Below the pieces are notes generated by a model. That model saw only the letters and a list, made by a program, of their open reading frames with translations. It was not told the origin of the DNA and did not search any database. DNA of 64,000 bases, from contig NC_042997.1 of NCBI RefSeq assembly GCF_006345805.1, positions 36,394,001-36,458,000 of the forward strand. Reading direction: 5' to 3'. Of the stretch, positions 26,501 to 39,879 are shown piece after piece. This stretch comes from Octopus sinensis (lineage: Eukaryota). The translations under genes were made by a program, and so were the position numbers. The stretch's first letter is position 1. Each line of letters starts with the position of its first letter.

Positions 26501-27984
26501 CAGCTCAAAATGCAACCCACAGTATTTGACTCTGCTGAGAAGTTTGCTATTCTATATAATTGTATACCAGGCACTGAGTTCTGTAGAAATTGGTGAGTAA
26601 TTAAGTTTGAAGCACGGTTATCAGTAAGATATACATTGCTCTCGAATAGCTAGACAAAGGAAAGTATTTCATCTGCCAAATTTCCTAATATATTAGACAC
26701 AAAATCATATTGGTAGATGAGTAATCAACTAGCCACCAAATGGGTTCAAATCTGTGATGAGGTGCTTGCGATACGAAATTCTAAAACATACAAATATATC
26801 CATACAGCGCCGGGTGATAAAGAATTTAGTAATTGGTTACATTAATGTTACATATTAACTTCAGATATGGTAATGGGCAGCGCTTGATTTCATGTATTAC
26901 AGGTCGATGTAATAATCCAATATATTTATTGAGCATCAAGCATCTTCTATATGTTTGAGATGAAGTAGAACAAAATATAACTTTGGACAACTTTCATCCA
27001 GTTGTATGTACATCAATGGGAAGTAACGATGTAGTATTGAATTATTGATTTATGGTATAGCTGGTGAGTCCACTCCTGCCGAGGATATCTCATCTCTGAG
27101 CCACTTTCATCACACTATTTAATTTCAGCAATCACATATTATAAAATACTCAGAAATTTATTGTAAGCTTTCAGTAATGAAGTATGTCAGCTGTGTTTAC
27201 TTATTATCTTTATATAATATACGACACAGTCCTAATACGTATTCAAGAGTACAATCTTCAAAAAGTACCCAAGGGTCCTGGTGGGTATGTTAAAATGGAT
27301 TATGGATTAATTCTACATTGGCAAACAGCAACGGTTTCCTAGACACGCTTTTATACCTATTTCATCCAACAACAATCCTTCACACTATTTTAGTGTAGCC
27401 AAGGCTAGTACACTCCATTGCAGCGCAAACGTCAAAGAATATTTGTTAATGCCGTGTATTTAATCTAAAGTTTGCTTTGATCAGGGAGACTTGTAGTCAA
27501 CAACGGTATATCCATAAACATGCAATCTTATTCTCAAACATATGATCTACTATTATCTATTATTTAATGCAAAATGAAATTATTTTAAAGGCATTAAGAT
27601 GTAATTTGAAGGTTTCAATTTGTACAAAGTATTTGCAAGTAGATAGGATCTTTCTTTCTTGCACGCCAGGAAACAATTTAGGGAAACGAACATATCATTG
27701 TTTGAATCCTGTGTCAGTTTAAACCCCTGGTCAAATCGGCTTTGTATCACAACATTCTAATCAAGAATAAATTATATTTTCAGATAAATTTTGTGCTGAC
27801 TTGCCTTGAGCGTGCATTTTATTTCATTGATATTAAGGCAATTGTTGTAACATCATGCATAACTTCGGTACCTGGTGAAACACGTCAGCGATCAGGTTAA
27901 ACAACATCTGACTTCTTCCAGAGAAAAAGAGAGGGAAGAATGAAGAATCGGCCCAAGTAGAAGAATTATATTTAATTTGTCGAT

Positions 27985-28100
27985 ACAGAAATTAGGAAAG
28001 GCTCAATGAAGCCGGTGGTATTTGAACTCAGAGTAAAGACGTCTGAGACGAACTGCGTAAAGCATTTCATCCGACATTTTAACGGCTTATAATTCGCCTC
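27985..28100 (-). mobile_element. Family A SINE, 5' fragment
   Basis: GGTGGTATTTGAACTCAGAGTAAAGACG..GTAAAGCATTTC is the reverse complement of the family A head. Confidence 0.55.
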
Positions 28101-29399
28101 GACATAACCTATTACAATTGATATAATCCAGTGTATTCGTCCATGTTTCTGCAAACTGAAAGACGTGTTTTCCAAGTGATTTAGCTGTTATATCTATCTA
28201 GTCAATTGACTCCACATTTGCTTCATGTTATAGAAGATCACACTCCGCTCATTGACTACAGACGGCTGAAACTCGCTTATTTAAACTTCCATTACATAGT
28301 GGTGGGTTGTATTGCAACTTACGTCTACATGCAATGCCGACATTACTTCTTGTTGACATTGTTGTTATAATTGTTATTATTCGTGTCCTTGTTAAATTTT
28401 TGATGTTGATTCAACTTTATTTATAATTGTTCATGATGTTGCCTCATTGTTTGTTCAACGTGATTGATTAGTTTCGTGAAATCTTTGCATCAGTGCGTAT
28501 CACTGTTGCAGCTGAGGTTTCTCTTAGATTTTGCTTAAATTATGTGACTGTATCTGTTAACATTTCCATTGTTGTTGCTAATCTTGTAGGAGTAAATGTT
28601 GTTGTTGTTTAGTCTCAAATCAGCTTTACAGACATGATTGAAAGCATGAATATGCAGATTTTCTAGTCTCCAACTAATAAATCTGTCGTCCGGTTGATAC
28701 CTTATAAAAGAGTACACGACGTGATCAGTTTTATTTAGCACCCTGGAGTTCTTGAATAATGGATTTGACCACTGTTCCTCTTTGTCAATAGACCACCGTA
28801 ATTTGAGGAAGGTTTGTTTGTTATTTTTAGCATGTCTAGTGACCGCGCAAGAGTTCTTTCGTTGGATGGTTTATTTTATACTATGCCGTGGCATTTCCAG
28901 TACTGTTACTCTTCATGTTACCATAGTCACCCTATCATTTATTTTCGGAGTAATCTGTAGAGTGGTAAATGATGGCAATAAATTGACCATCACACCGTAA
29001 ATTTACAAGATTTCAGTTCATGCATGAGCTGTAAAGCAAGGATCTTGATGAAACTTTTGTTGTTATGACTGTCTTTATTATTGCTAGCAGGAAGTCAAGA
29101 CTGCTAAATGTTCAACGCCACTAAAAATGTGACAAGATTTGTTATTATTTTTTGTTTTGTGTGTTCTGTGTGGATGTGTGTGTGTGTGTGTGTGTGTGTG
29201 TGTTGTGTGTGTGTGTGTGTTTGTGTGTTATGTAGATAATCATTATCTGATTTCTTCCCTTACTTAAAATAGCTTGGTTGTGTTTTGAGGCTAATGTTTC
29301 AACCGTTTTTTTCTTCTTCTTTTTGATTACTTACAATGTTGTTTATTTACATACCTTACTGATTGCAGTCGATAATAGGTTATAGATGAGATTTTTAAA

Positions 29400-29570
29400 A
29401 AATTCTTTTCAGTCATTGGACTGCGGCTAAGTTGGAGCACCGCGTTCCGTCGAAGGAATCGGTCAGATCTTAACCTTTTGTAAGCCTAGTTCTTATTCTA
29501 TCGGTCTCTCACCGAAGTGCTAAGTTACAGGGGCGTAAACAAACCAACGTCGGTGGTGGAGGGTCAGACA
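29400..29570 (-). mobile_element. Family B SINE, 3' fragment
   Basis: TTTCAGTCATTGGACTGCGGC..GGAGCACCG..CTTATTCTATCGGTCTC. Confidence 0.75.
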
Positions 29571-29664
29571 CCACACAAATATCATATATATATATATATA
29601 TATTATTTGAGAGAATAAAATCCAAACTTACAAGGAAACAGAATTCAATTTAGAAATACTAAAT

Positions 29665-29744
<80 letters not shown>

Positions 29745-29745
<1 letters not shown>

Positions 29746-30040
29746 TTTACTCTTTTACTCTTTTACTCTTTTACTTGTTTCAGTCATTTGACTGCTGCCA
29801 TGCTGGGGCACCGCCTTTAGTCGAACAAATCGACCCCGGGACTTATTCTTTGTAAACCCAGTACTTATTCTATCAGTCTCTTTTGCCGAACCGCTAAGTA
29901 ACGGGGACGTAAACACATCAGCATCGGCTGTCAAGCTTTGGTCCGAGGCTATAGTAGAAGGCACTAAATCAAGCTGCCACGCAGTGGGACTGAACCCGGG
30001 ACCGTTTAGTTGGGAAACCAGCTTCTTACCACACAGCCAC
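29745..30040 (-). mobile_element. Family B SINE with an (AAAAGAGT)n tail and an internal deletion
   Basis: CTTTTA/ACTCTTTT repeats, then CAGTCATTTGACTGCTGCCATGCTGGGGCACCGCC..GTGGGACTGAACCCGG (B-box reverse complement). Confidence 0.85.
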
Positions 30041-30154
30041 ATACTGAACTCGGTAGTAAGAAGGTTCGTTTGATTTGAAGTACAAGGGATTAGAGCCAAC
30101 ATAGTGAGATATCCATTCAAGCTACTTGTAGAAACTTACACAGAGACACTGACG

Positions 30155-30186
<32 letters not shown>

Positions 30187-30557
30187 AACAATATTTTCGA
30201 TTCCTACTTGTGTAATTCTGCTTTTTACAATCATTGATTTATCAACACATTACTACCATTATACTCTCAATGATAATCAGGTGCATCAGTTTATTCTGCT
30301 ATACGGAATGCAATTTTGTTAGTTATGGATATTATTTACGGTGACATAGGCCAATCATTAGTGTGTCGGAATATAGTGTGCGATATTTGTTCTGGCCCTT
30401 CAGATATTGAGTTCATATGTCGCGGAGCTTAACATTGCTTTCATCTCTCCAACACCACTAAAATGCAATTCGTGGCAACTGACTGGGTAGAAGGGACTGA
30501 GTAACCGACTTCCTTCAACAAGGCTGAAATTACACCTAAATGTGAAACCATTTTAGA

Positions 30558-30766
30558 TAAGGCACATTAGATTGTCGGTAAAATGCTTTGCATTATGTAT
30601 CCCAATATATTCTGGCTTGCGGTCTGAGTTTCCAATTCGGGTGAGGTCGACGTTACCTTTCATCCTTTTGGAGCCGATGAAATAAGTACCAGTTGTACAC
30701 TGAGGTCGATGTAAAGGACTTACCCTTACCTCCACCCTCAAAAAATTCATGCCTTGTAGTAGAATG
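30558..30766 (+). mobile_element. Family A SINE (degenerate)
   Basis: GAGGTCGACGTTACCTTTCATCCTTTTGGAGCCGATGAAATAAGTACCAGTTG. Confidence 0.65.
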
Positions 30767-30783
30767 GATTATTATTATTATTA

Positions 30784-30869
<86 letters not shown>

Positions 30870-31029
30870 CATCATTATTGTTGTTGTTAAAGCTGCGAAC
30901 TGGCAGAATTATTATCATGCTGAGTAAAATGCTAAGCGGCATGGCGTCCGCTAGACACACACACACACACGTATATATATATGCAGTAATCCCTCGCCAA
31001 TCCGGGTTCACGACATGGTGACCTCATAT

Positions 31030-31225
31030 CAAGCTGGCACAATAGTTATCACGCCGGGCAAAATGCTTAATTGTATTTGACCAGACATTACATTCTAAGT
31101 TCAAATTCCAACGATGTCGATTTTGCCTTTCTTCCGTTCAAGGTCCATAACTTAAAAACCAGTTGAACACTGGAGTCGATGTAATCGCCTTAGCCCCAAA
31201 GTTGTTGGTCTTTTGCAAAAACTTG
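31030..31225 (+). mobile_element. Family A SINE (degenerate)
   Basis: AGCTGGCACAATAGTTATCACGCCGGGCAAAATGCTT..AAGTTCAAATTCC. Confidence 0.65.
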
Positions 31226-31242
31226 AAATTAGTATTATTATT

Positions 31243-31789
31243 GAGTGAGAGAGCAGCGCATGCCACCAATATGACACTGTGACAAAATATACGAAGCGCA
31301 GTACAACCATCATGACATCCCGTCTGATAAGGGTACACTAGGCACATGCATCACAACCAGACGTTCGCGACATGATGACCTTATATCGAGATAAACAGCG
31401 CAGGACGTTGCAGGTGGGACCCAGTTAAAATCTTGCTGAGATCAAATAGCCCACCCCATTCAAAAGGTCCCTATTTAATAATGGTGAACGAAATACCCAT
31501 ATTTCCAGAGTTGAATTATACAAAGCTCAAATAATTCTCAATAGGTCAATGCTCCCCAACTATTTATGCATGTGATCAAAGATGCACATATGGTCAGCCA
31601 CTAAGGGGCATGCTCAACTGGTTATGGTTAAACAATAGATAAGCAAATCTCTGGTATCGAGCAGAATATTTGCTGTAGCCCATCTTATATACCAAGACAA
31701 GAGAAGTCATGTACGTAAAATTTCCAATCATTTATGAAAGACTGTGCTCTCATAACATGAGAGCTAGTGCCTGGTCCTGCATCAGGACC
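31243..31789. mobile_element. ~530-bp ATT-flanked element, second copy
   Basis: Collinear with 20243-20768; starts after ATTATTATT and ends before TTATTTATATTATTATT. Confidence 0.75.
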
Positions 31790-32204
31790 TTTATTTATAT
31801 TATTATTCGCAAGTTCGTAGTTTCAGGAAGCTTTCTACTGCATCATATATTACACATCCATGTAGCTGGGGTGTATGCAGCAGTATAGTATCATTATTAT
31901 TAAGTTCAGAATTATTGTACGCCGCACTCAACTACGTCTCACACAAGGTTTTACAAACTCGCGTGCTTACACTCAAAATAGAGGCTTTTTTATGTTAAGT
32001 TATTTATAACCATGGCAGTAAAAAGGACTTGGTTATTCCTTGTGAGTTTCTTTGTGTTTAAATCTAGCTTTACTTGAAGACTTAACGAAATCATTCTAGT
32101 TGAGTTGAAGGAGTTGGTTTCCTTTTTATTTTTTTTTTGCCATGGATTTAATCCATGCTTCAAAGAGATAAGGAAAATTTGAAAGAAATTAAGTTGGTCT
32201 TTCA

Positions 32205-32620
32205 ATTATGTGGAACGTCACGATCACCACAACGGTTAGGGGATTGGAATTATATTCTGGATTAGATTACAATGTATGGGACTACATCCCCGGAGAAGGT
32301 TGTTCGAAAACCTCGTAAACTTGTTCAAAAGCTTACCATTCTCTAAAAGTTTCCGACTAAATTTCCATGATGTGCCAGTGTGTACAGGGAAAAACGATGG
32401 CAGTTACAGAGAGGTTTAATAGATTCACTTTAAATCGACCTCCTCCGCATTCTGTCGAATTAAACTTATTAAGGCGAATGAAATATTATTTTTATTTCTA
32501 GAGACAACATGAAAAATTGACTTGAGATCCTCTACTACAAAAAAAAAAAAAAATTGAAGTTGCAATTTTAAAAATATGAAATTGTAGTTTACTTGGTTGA
32601 TTATTTTTAAACGCCCCCTG
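32205..32620 (+). mobile_element. Tc1/mariner-superfamily 3' fragment
   Basis: Frames give SRSP, LDYNVWDYI and EKVVRKP (third catalytic residue region). Ends TTATTTTTAAACGCCCCCTG followed by TA. Confidence 0.45.
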
Positions 32621-33169
32621 TACATAATTTATACGAACTGTACAAGTTTGAAGATATGCTGGAAACCATTCAAAAGTCGGATGTCTTTCTTCATTTGAAA
32701 ATTGAAAGAATCTCCAGCAAACCTCAGAGGATTCCGTATGCATGCAATTATAAGTTAAACTAACCTCTAATCGATATTTATTATGGTGGTGAAGCTGTAG
32801 TTATAATTCAGTCTACAAGGAAATCTCATTGTCAGTATACTTTGCAGGTAGTATACAGATTAAAGTGATTCCTATCCCTAGTATTTGTTCGAAGCATTGT
32901 CAAAGCAATGCATTCCCTAAAACAACGGATAGGTTTTCAACAACATCCGATGTAATTCCGATGAGAATTAAAACATGATGCATTATTTTGTAATAGTTAT
33001 GACATTATTAAGAAGAAACACTTCCAATTATGTTTATGGCCGATTGGATTTTGCAACATTTGTTCATTGTCCTATACAAAGAAAATGGTTCAATTTCGAT
33101 AAGGTACTCGTCGACGAACATGTATAATATCTGCTCACCAAATTCTAAATTATAGTTCTGATTTCTTTG

Positions 33170-33963
33170 AAATTTTCCATTTCCGAAGCAAGTGCTGTCA
33201 TCTGCCTGTTGGCTCTCCTCCTGCAACTCAACTTGATTTCGAGCCGGGTCGTCTGCTGCTGGAGAGGACCGATCAGGTAATGGACCTGGGTATCTTGGTG
33301 GATTCCTCCTTTTCGCCTTCGGTCCAGTGCGTCCATGCTGCCAACAAAGCACGCGGAGTTCTGTTCTTGATTCCACAATCATTCGGAATGCTCACAGCAG
33401 CCATATACCTACCGCTCTATGTCACGCTGGTGAGGCCCATGTTTGAGTACGGGATTCAAGCCTCTTCTCCTTATCTCCTCAAAGACATACAGCATCTCGA
33501 AAGAGTCCAGAAGCTGGCTACCCGCTTGGTTCTTGGTCTCAAGAATTTGTCTTATGAAGAAAGGCTGAAGACGCTCGACCTTTATTCTCTAGAAAAACGA
33601 CGACGCCGTGGTGATCTCATTCTTGCTCACAACATCATAAGCGGAAAGCGTAACCTCTCGAAAGAGCTGTTCTTCACTCCTGCTCCAGAACGTCGGCTGC
33701 GGGGTCATTCCGAAAAGCTCTATCTGCGACAATTTCATTTCAATCGAAGGAGAAGGGCTTTCTCTGTCCGGGTTGCGGATCCGTGGAATAAACTGCCGGA
33801 CGAGATGGTAAAGATGCCGACGACCGCTCGGTTCAAAGTCTCTCTTGACCACAAAAGGCCTGAACTCTTTACGTGAACACCACCCTGTACATAACTCCAT
33901 GTCCCCTCTACATGGCCTTGCTTTTTGCTTTTTGAGCCCAAAAATTAACTAACTATCTAACTA

Positions 33964-33964
<1 letters not shown>
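33170..33964 (+). mobile_element. CR1/L2-type LINE, 5'-truncated 3' end with open ORF2 C-terminus
   Basis: Frame open from at least 33181 to 33876: SKCCHLPVG..DLGILVDSSFSPSVQCVHAANKAR..YVTLVRPMFEY..LERVQKLATRLV..YEERLKTLDLYSLEKRRRRGDLI..RGHSEKL..FSVRVADPWNKLP. Short 3' UTR and an (ACTA)n tail. Confidence 0.9.
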
Positions 33965-34005
<41 letters not shown>

Positions 34006-34884
34006 TATTCTTATAATTTGTATATATTCATTTTATTACAAATGCGAAACAACGCTACGGAGGAATCAATATAAGCTTAAATAATAAACCGTGATAGGTG
34101 AACCGCAATATGGCGAGGGGTTACTGTATATATACATATATATACATATACATATATATGTGTGTGTTGTGTGTGTGTGTGTATGTGTGTGTGTGTTTGT
34201 GAGTATGTGATTCGGTTGATGAAAATGTATTCACATTAATAAATCCGCAAGGGAACCGGTCGGTTAAAAATCAAATTAATTACTGCTTTTGATTATATGT
34301 TATTGTCTTTTTATTTATAATTCCTTATAATTCCTCGTTTGAAAGCAAATTGCTTGTATAACTTTAAATTACATGTTGATAAATTTCCGTGTAATGGAGC
34401 TTATTGTAATGAGAACAAGTACGACATATGAGAAAATATATCTTGCTATCTCACAAATACATTAACCCATTCATGTTGATCGTCCGTTTAAACTGACACT
34501 TAACTTATAAGGGTATGAAACAAATACTTGATACAAATTGTGATTTGTGTATGATCCGCATCAAAGAATTAAACATGTTCCTAACACGTATGCAGTCGGT
34601 AACAAACGGATTTTAATGAAACTTTTTCAGTTGTTATTTAAGTCGAAATAGTAGTATCTATGAATATTCAGGCAATATCATTCAATAGAAAAATTTCAGC
34701 ACGAATGTGTTAAAGTGCATCGACCTAGCTTCTAATGCTCAGAATATTATATGGGTGTTGAATACTTAAAGAGTGTACATTTGCATGTCTGCTTATGCGC
34801 ATGCGGCCTACTGTGAATCGTATCCATTTAGTATGCAACATATTATTAGCCTCCATGGTGTAAATGAAAATGTCTACAGAAGAT

Positions 34885-35364
34885 TTGGTTATGTGTTAAG
34901 AAGTATGTTTCCCAACCACATGGCATCGAGTTCAGTCCCACTGCGGGACACCTTAGGAAAATGCCGTCTACTATAGCCTCGGTTCGTCCAAAGCTTTGTG
35001 AGTGGATTTGTTTGACGGAATCTGAAAGAAGCCCGTCGTATATATATATATATATATATAATATATATATATATATATAGATATATATATATATATATTA
35101 TATATATATATATATATGACATGTGTATATATAACATGTGTGTGCGCGCGTGCACATTTGTATCTGTGTTTGCCAGAAACCACTCCACCCCCATCCGCTT
35201 AACAAGCAGTGTTGGTGTTTTCGTGCTACGCATAACTTAGCTGTTCGGCAAAAATACCGATAGAATAAGTGCTAGCCTTAGAAATGATGTCTTAGCTCGA
35301 ACTGTGCGACTACAAACAAAACGGTCAAGGCGGTGCCCCCGCACGGCAGCAGGGAAAGTAAAAG
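34885..35364 (+). mobile_element. Family B SINE, full-length and diverged, with internal (TA)n
   Basis: Head GAGTTCAGTCCCACTGCG; body TTTGTGAGTGGATTTG..GAAAGAAGCCCGTCGTATATA; tail GGCGGTGCCCC. Confidence 0.8.
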
Positions 35365-36350
35365 ATAATATGGAAAAAATATTTCTCACATCTCACTGCT
35401 GATTTTGAATAGTTTCTCTGTCTGTCTGTCTCTCTTTCTCTCTCTCTCACGCACACACTCACTGACACGCACAGAGACACAGGCACACACACACACACTC
35501 ACACGCGCACATACACACGCATGTATATATACATGTACATTTAGAGAGATATAGATATAGATAGACAAATAGATAGAGATTGATAGCTTGCTAGATTATC
35601 ACATAGATAGTAGCGTGGTAATAAATACGTAATATCAGTATACAATGAGGTGATAAATTAGTGTGAAACAGTATAACGGCGTGAAATGATAAGATAGTGA
35701 GAAATGATTATGTTAATTTTGAATTTCAAATACAGAGATAAGTTATCAAAGAATTGCAGATAGTATGATGTTATAGCAAAAAGAAGCAAAAATATAAATA
35801 CTTGAATGAAATAACGAAAAATATTAAAGAACTAAAGATGCGTAGATTAATGTGTTCGGATATAGCTATATACGACAGACGAAAGAAAGGATCTTGCTTG
35901 AAGTTTTTAATCTACTATAAGTTGTCTCTATATTATTCATTCTGCGACAGATTCGCCGTTACCATGATTCAACGGGGGAGCATTCAGTGATTTATATTTA
36001 GAAATAGAGCAATTATGCTGAGTATCATTATTTTCAGTTACATTATTTGATATGTGTCCCTTTGTCTTTGCACCATTTTTTGTCTTAACCAACATCTATC
36101 ATAAGGTTTATCTAAGTTGGTAACTTAATCGTCTTAAATGACTAGGTATTGCTATGATGTCCCTTCTGAAACATATCTTTTATAGTGCACTTGTTAGTGT
36201 AAATAAATCTTACTAAACCTAGATTAACTTAAATTAAAATATTTAATATGTATCACTTTGGAAGACATCTACTTATTCAGATCGTCGATTAGGAATTTAC
36301 AGAGAAAACCAAGAACACCAATTATTATTGGTATAGTTGTGAATTTATAA

Positions 36351-36585
36351 GACGGCGAGCTGGCAGAAATGTTAGCACGCCGGGCCAAATGCGTAGCCGT
36401 ATTTCGTCTGCCGTTACGTTCTGAGTTCAAATTCTGCCGAGGTCGACTTTGTCTTTCAACCTTTCGGGGTCGATAAATTAAGTACCAGTTACACACTGTG
36501 ATCGATATAATCGAATTAATCCGTTTGTCTGTCCTTGTTTTTCCTCTCTGTTTTTAGCCACTTGTGGGTAGTAAAGAAATAGGTA
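36351..36585 (+). mobile_element. Family A SINE
   Basis: GACGGCGAGCTGGCAGAAATGTTAGCACGCCGGG..GTTCTGAGTTCAAATTCTGCCGAGGTCGACTTTG. Confidence 0.9.
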
Positions 36586-36594
36586 TAGTTGTGA

Positions 36595-37150
36595 GATTAT
36601 AATGTGGAAATAGGGGCTGGAAGTTTAAAGCATTTGCACGTAGTTATCCGCTTTCTCTTTGATTTTCAAAGATATATACATTTCAGTAGGATCGCTGACC
36701 TCTATGGCGGGACAGGTATTTTCCTGTCTGTCGTAAACGACAGTAACCGACCTGTTCTGTTTACACTTGTCAGATCTTTTGAAGGGGATATTTTACTAGT
36801 ATTTTTTGAGTTGATGCTTTTGCATGCATTCAATTACAGTGGGATTCTTTTTGCTTATTCAGAGATAGTTTTTTTTTCCGAATGGCATTGCATGTTATTT
36901 TTGCATCAACGTTACATCGCATGAAGTGGTAGTACGACGATGACATTTGTGGGTAGCAGCTTATCACATGTGGGATGTCATCCGCTCTAAAATGACATAA
37001 CCTACATTTTCGGTTGTATCTTGGAGGTTAGACGGTTTCACCATCTCTTGTGGTCATTATGCATTCCGTAATTGGATCACAAATACATAGCCATTGAAGG
37101 GTAAGGTTATAGTGCTGTCAAGAGTGCAAGACAGGCTGCACTTTATATTG
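36595..37150 (-). mobile_element. R4/Dong-type LINE internal fragment (CCHC knuckle to endonuclease)
   Basis: Minus frames: NGYVFVIQ; NRKCRLCHFRADDIPHVISCYPQMSSSYYHFMRCNV (36950-37015 region); NIPFKRSDKCKQNRSVTVVYDRQENTCPAIEVSDPTEMYISLKIKEKADNY. Confidence 0.8.
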
Positions 37151-37260
37151 ATATTTTTGGTGTATATTAGTCCGGTTCATTGAATGTATGAATGTATGTA
37201 TGCATGTATGTATGTTTGCATCTATGCATACATCTTTCATCCTTTTTAGCTTATAATTAA

Positions 37261-37643
37261 CTAGCAGTATCGCCCGGCGTTGCTCGGGTTTGTAAGGGAA
37301 ATAACTATATAAGCATTTTTAGAGATGTAAAGTATAATAGCCATCTCAATATGGCTAATCACAAAGAGGGGTGTTACTGTAGCTTTTTACGTTCTGAGAT
37401 TTAATAATACATTTTAGAGAGTTACTTCCCTTACATAATAGCAAAAAAAATGGGAAAAAATGATGGTAAATTTTTTTTAAATCGTAGACTCATCGTAGAC
37501 GCGCGCTAATACCCAGAAGGGCTCGATCTGAATCACGACTATAAGATACCCGGTTTTGGTTACACTGCACCGCAAAATGTGGGAGCAGTTAGGAATCTAA
37601 ATCGTAGGAGACAGACACACAACTTCACTTTTATAAATAAAGA
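37261..37643 (-). mobile_element. Non-autonomous Helitron, longer copy
   Basis: Same termini as 23026-23332 (A|TC...hairpin..CTAG|T) plus about 95 extra bp. Confidence 0.8.
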
Positions 37644-38029
37644 TTTAGTCATTAGACCACATCAACGATGGTGCAGCGGCTTGAACAATGTTAGTCAAAC
37701 GAAGTTACCTAATACTTATGTTGTAAAGCCTGGTTATTATACTGTCGGCTTCTTTGTCAGCCGTTAATTTACGTGGACTTAAGCACACCAATTTCAGTTT
37801 CAAGAGGTGGGTGGAGGTGCAAAATCAAATACAAAACCACACATACAACATTCACGCGCATACACACACACGCAGTCACACACACGCGCGCGGGTATACG
37901 AGACAACAGTCGAAGGCTCTTGCCCAAGGTGCCACGCTGTATAATTGAACAAGGTAACATGTGGTTGGGAAGCAAATTTCTTACGCCACAGCCACAACTA
38001 AATTTATATATAGTGAAAGGTAGATAGAT

Positions 38030-38058
38030 AGATAAATAGATAGATAGATAGATAGATT

Positions 38059-38092
<34 letters not shown>

Positions 38093-38108
38093 CAGATAGA
38101 TAGATAGA
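38030..38108. repeat. (GATA)n microsatellite
   Basis: Direct reading. Confidence 0.95.
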
Positions 38109-38744
38109 TCCTACATATATGGGAATTAAGCTCTACAAATTAAAGCCTATATGAATTGTCAAAAATTGGTCGATAATTCTACTTTGAATGAAATGCGTCT
38201 CTAAAAGCAGAGCCAATATCACAGAAAAGTAGGTTACAAAAAAAAATGAAAGCAAATAATAAGATCGGAGTGATCAAAACTAAATGCGATTTGTACTTTA
38301 AGAAGGACTAAAATACAAAGAATTCCACAATTGCCTTCACCCATTCGCAAGGGTATAAATTTGTAAAAGTTCTACTCAGGACGAATATGTTCTGCAAATG
38401 AACCACTGAATGCTATGCTACATCAAGGAACATTAGGACACTTATGCAACCCAAACACGTGTCGGATTGAGATATAATAAGCGAATTTAGAAGATACACA
38501 AAACTATTTTATTCATGATATCTTGAATGTATGAACTGTATGTAGAATAACATCCAAGGAAGCGAACTCAGGAGTTACCTATGAAGGGGATACCGTATAT
38601 TTGTCTATTTAAAAATATTTTATGAGTTCCCTATCATTCGATATGTTTAATCAAAACGTAGATTATATCAGAGTACTAATAAGGTACCTGCACGAATTCC
38701 AAATCCCTATTACTTTAGGGTTATATATATATAATGGAAAAGTT

Positions 38745-38918
38745 TACGAAAATAAACAAAAGACGAAGGCAGGTGGAGTACAAACAAACAAATGTATTAC
38801 TATAGCGCTCAGGAATAGAAAAAGTCTTACGTTTCGAGCCTACGCTCTTCGACAGAAAGATACACAGAAAAAACCAAGGAGAGAAAAAATGCGTGTGGGA
38901 GCTAACAATCTATCATGG

Positions 38919-38920
<2 letters not shown>
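38745..38920 (-). mobile_element. Penelope-type terminal fragment with a hammerhead-like motif (38824-38860)
   Basis: Minus: CTGTCGA-A-GAGC-GTAG-GCTC-GAAAC-GTA; abuts (TA)n. Confidence 0.5.
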
Positions 38921-39300
<380 letters not shown>

Positions 39301-39328
39301 TTCTCTTTTTTTTCTTTTCTTTTTTTTA

Positions 39329-39530
39329 GTATGTGACCTCGTCTGTATCACTAGCGATTTTTTTCCTGTCTTCCCTTCTCGGGATCTTTCCTTCTCCAAT
39401 GTTTCCGACGAAGAGCTCCGCTCGAAACGCCAAACCCTCCTTCTTCCCTTCTTTCCTGAGCGTCCAATAATACTTTATTTGTTCCAAGTCCTTGCGTTGT
39501 TGTCTTTTTGTTTTCTTGTTTGGCTTAACT
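39329..39530 (+). mobile_element. Penelope-type terminal fragment with a minimal hammerhead motif (39401-39435)
   Basis: GTTT-CCGACGA-A-GAGC-TCC-GCTC-GAAAC-GCC-AAAC; collinear with 51149-51350. Confidence 0.55.
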
Positions 39531-39593
39531 GTGTGTGTGTGTGTGTGTGTAGTGTGTGTGTGTGTGTGTGTGTGAGAGTGCGTGTGTGTGTGA

Positions 39594-39631
<38 letters not shown>

Positions 39632-39879
39632 AGCTAGATTTTCTGAAGCATTGTCAGGTATAATTTAAAGATTGTAATGTGTAATGCCGGAGCAATGCCC
39701 ATTTCTCCTCACCGAAATAAACAAATACGAGGTAAAACTGCAACTTTGTTCTGTTTTCTTTTCAATTTGTAGTTCACATTGTACCTGCTCGCATTGATCC
39801 GGCTGTACACAACTATGCTACATACTTTAAGTATATATATGTATATATGTCAAATCGAATATCAAAAATTGAACATTAA

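Noticed and set aside
26560-28000. AT-rich stretch suspected to be another hAT remnant
   Set aside because: No motif could be read with confidence.
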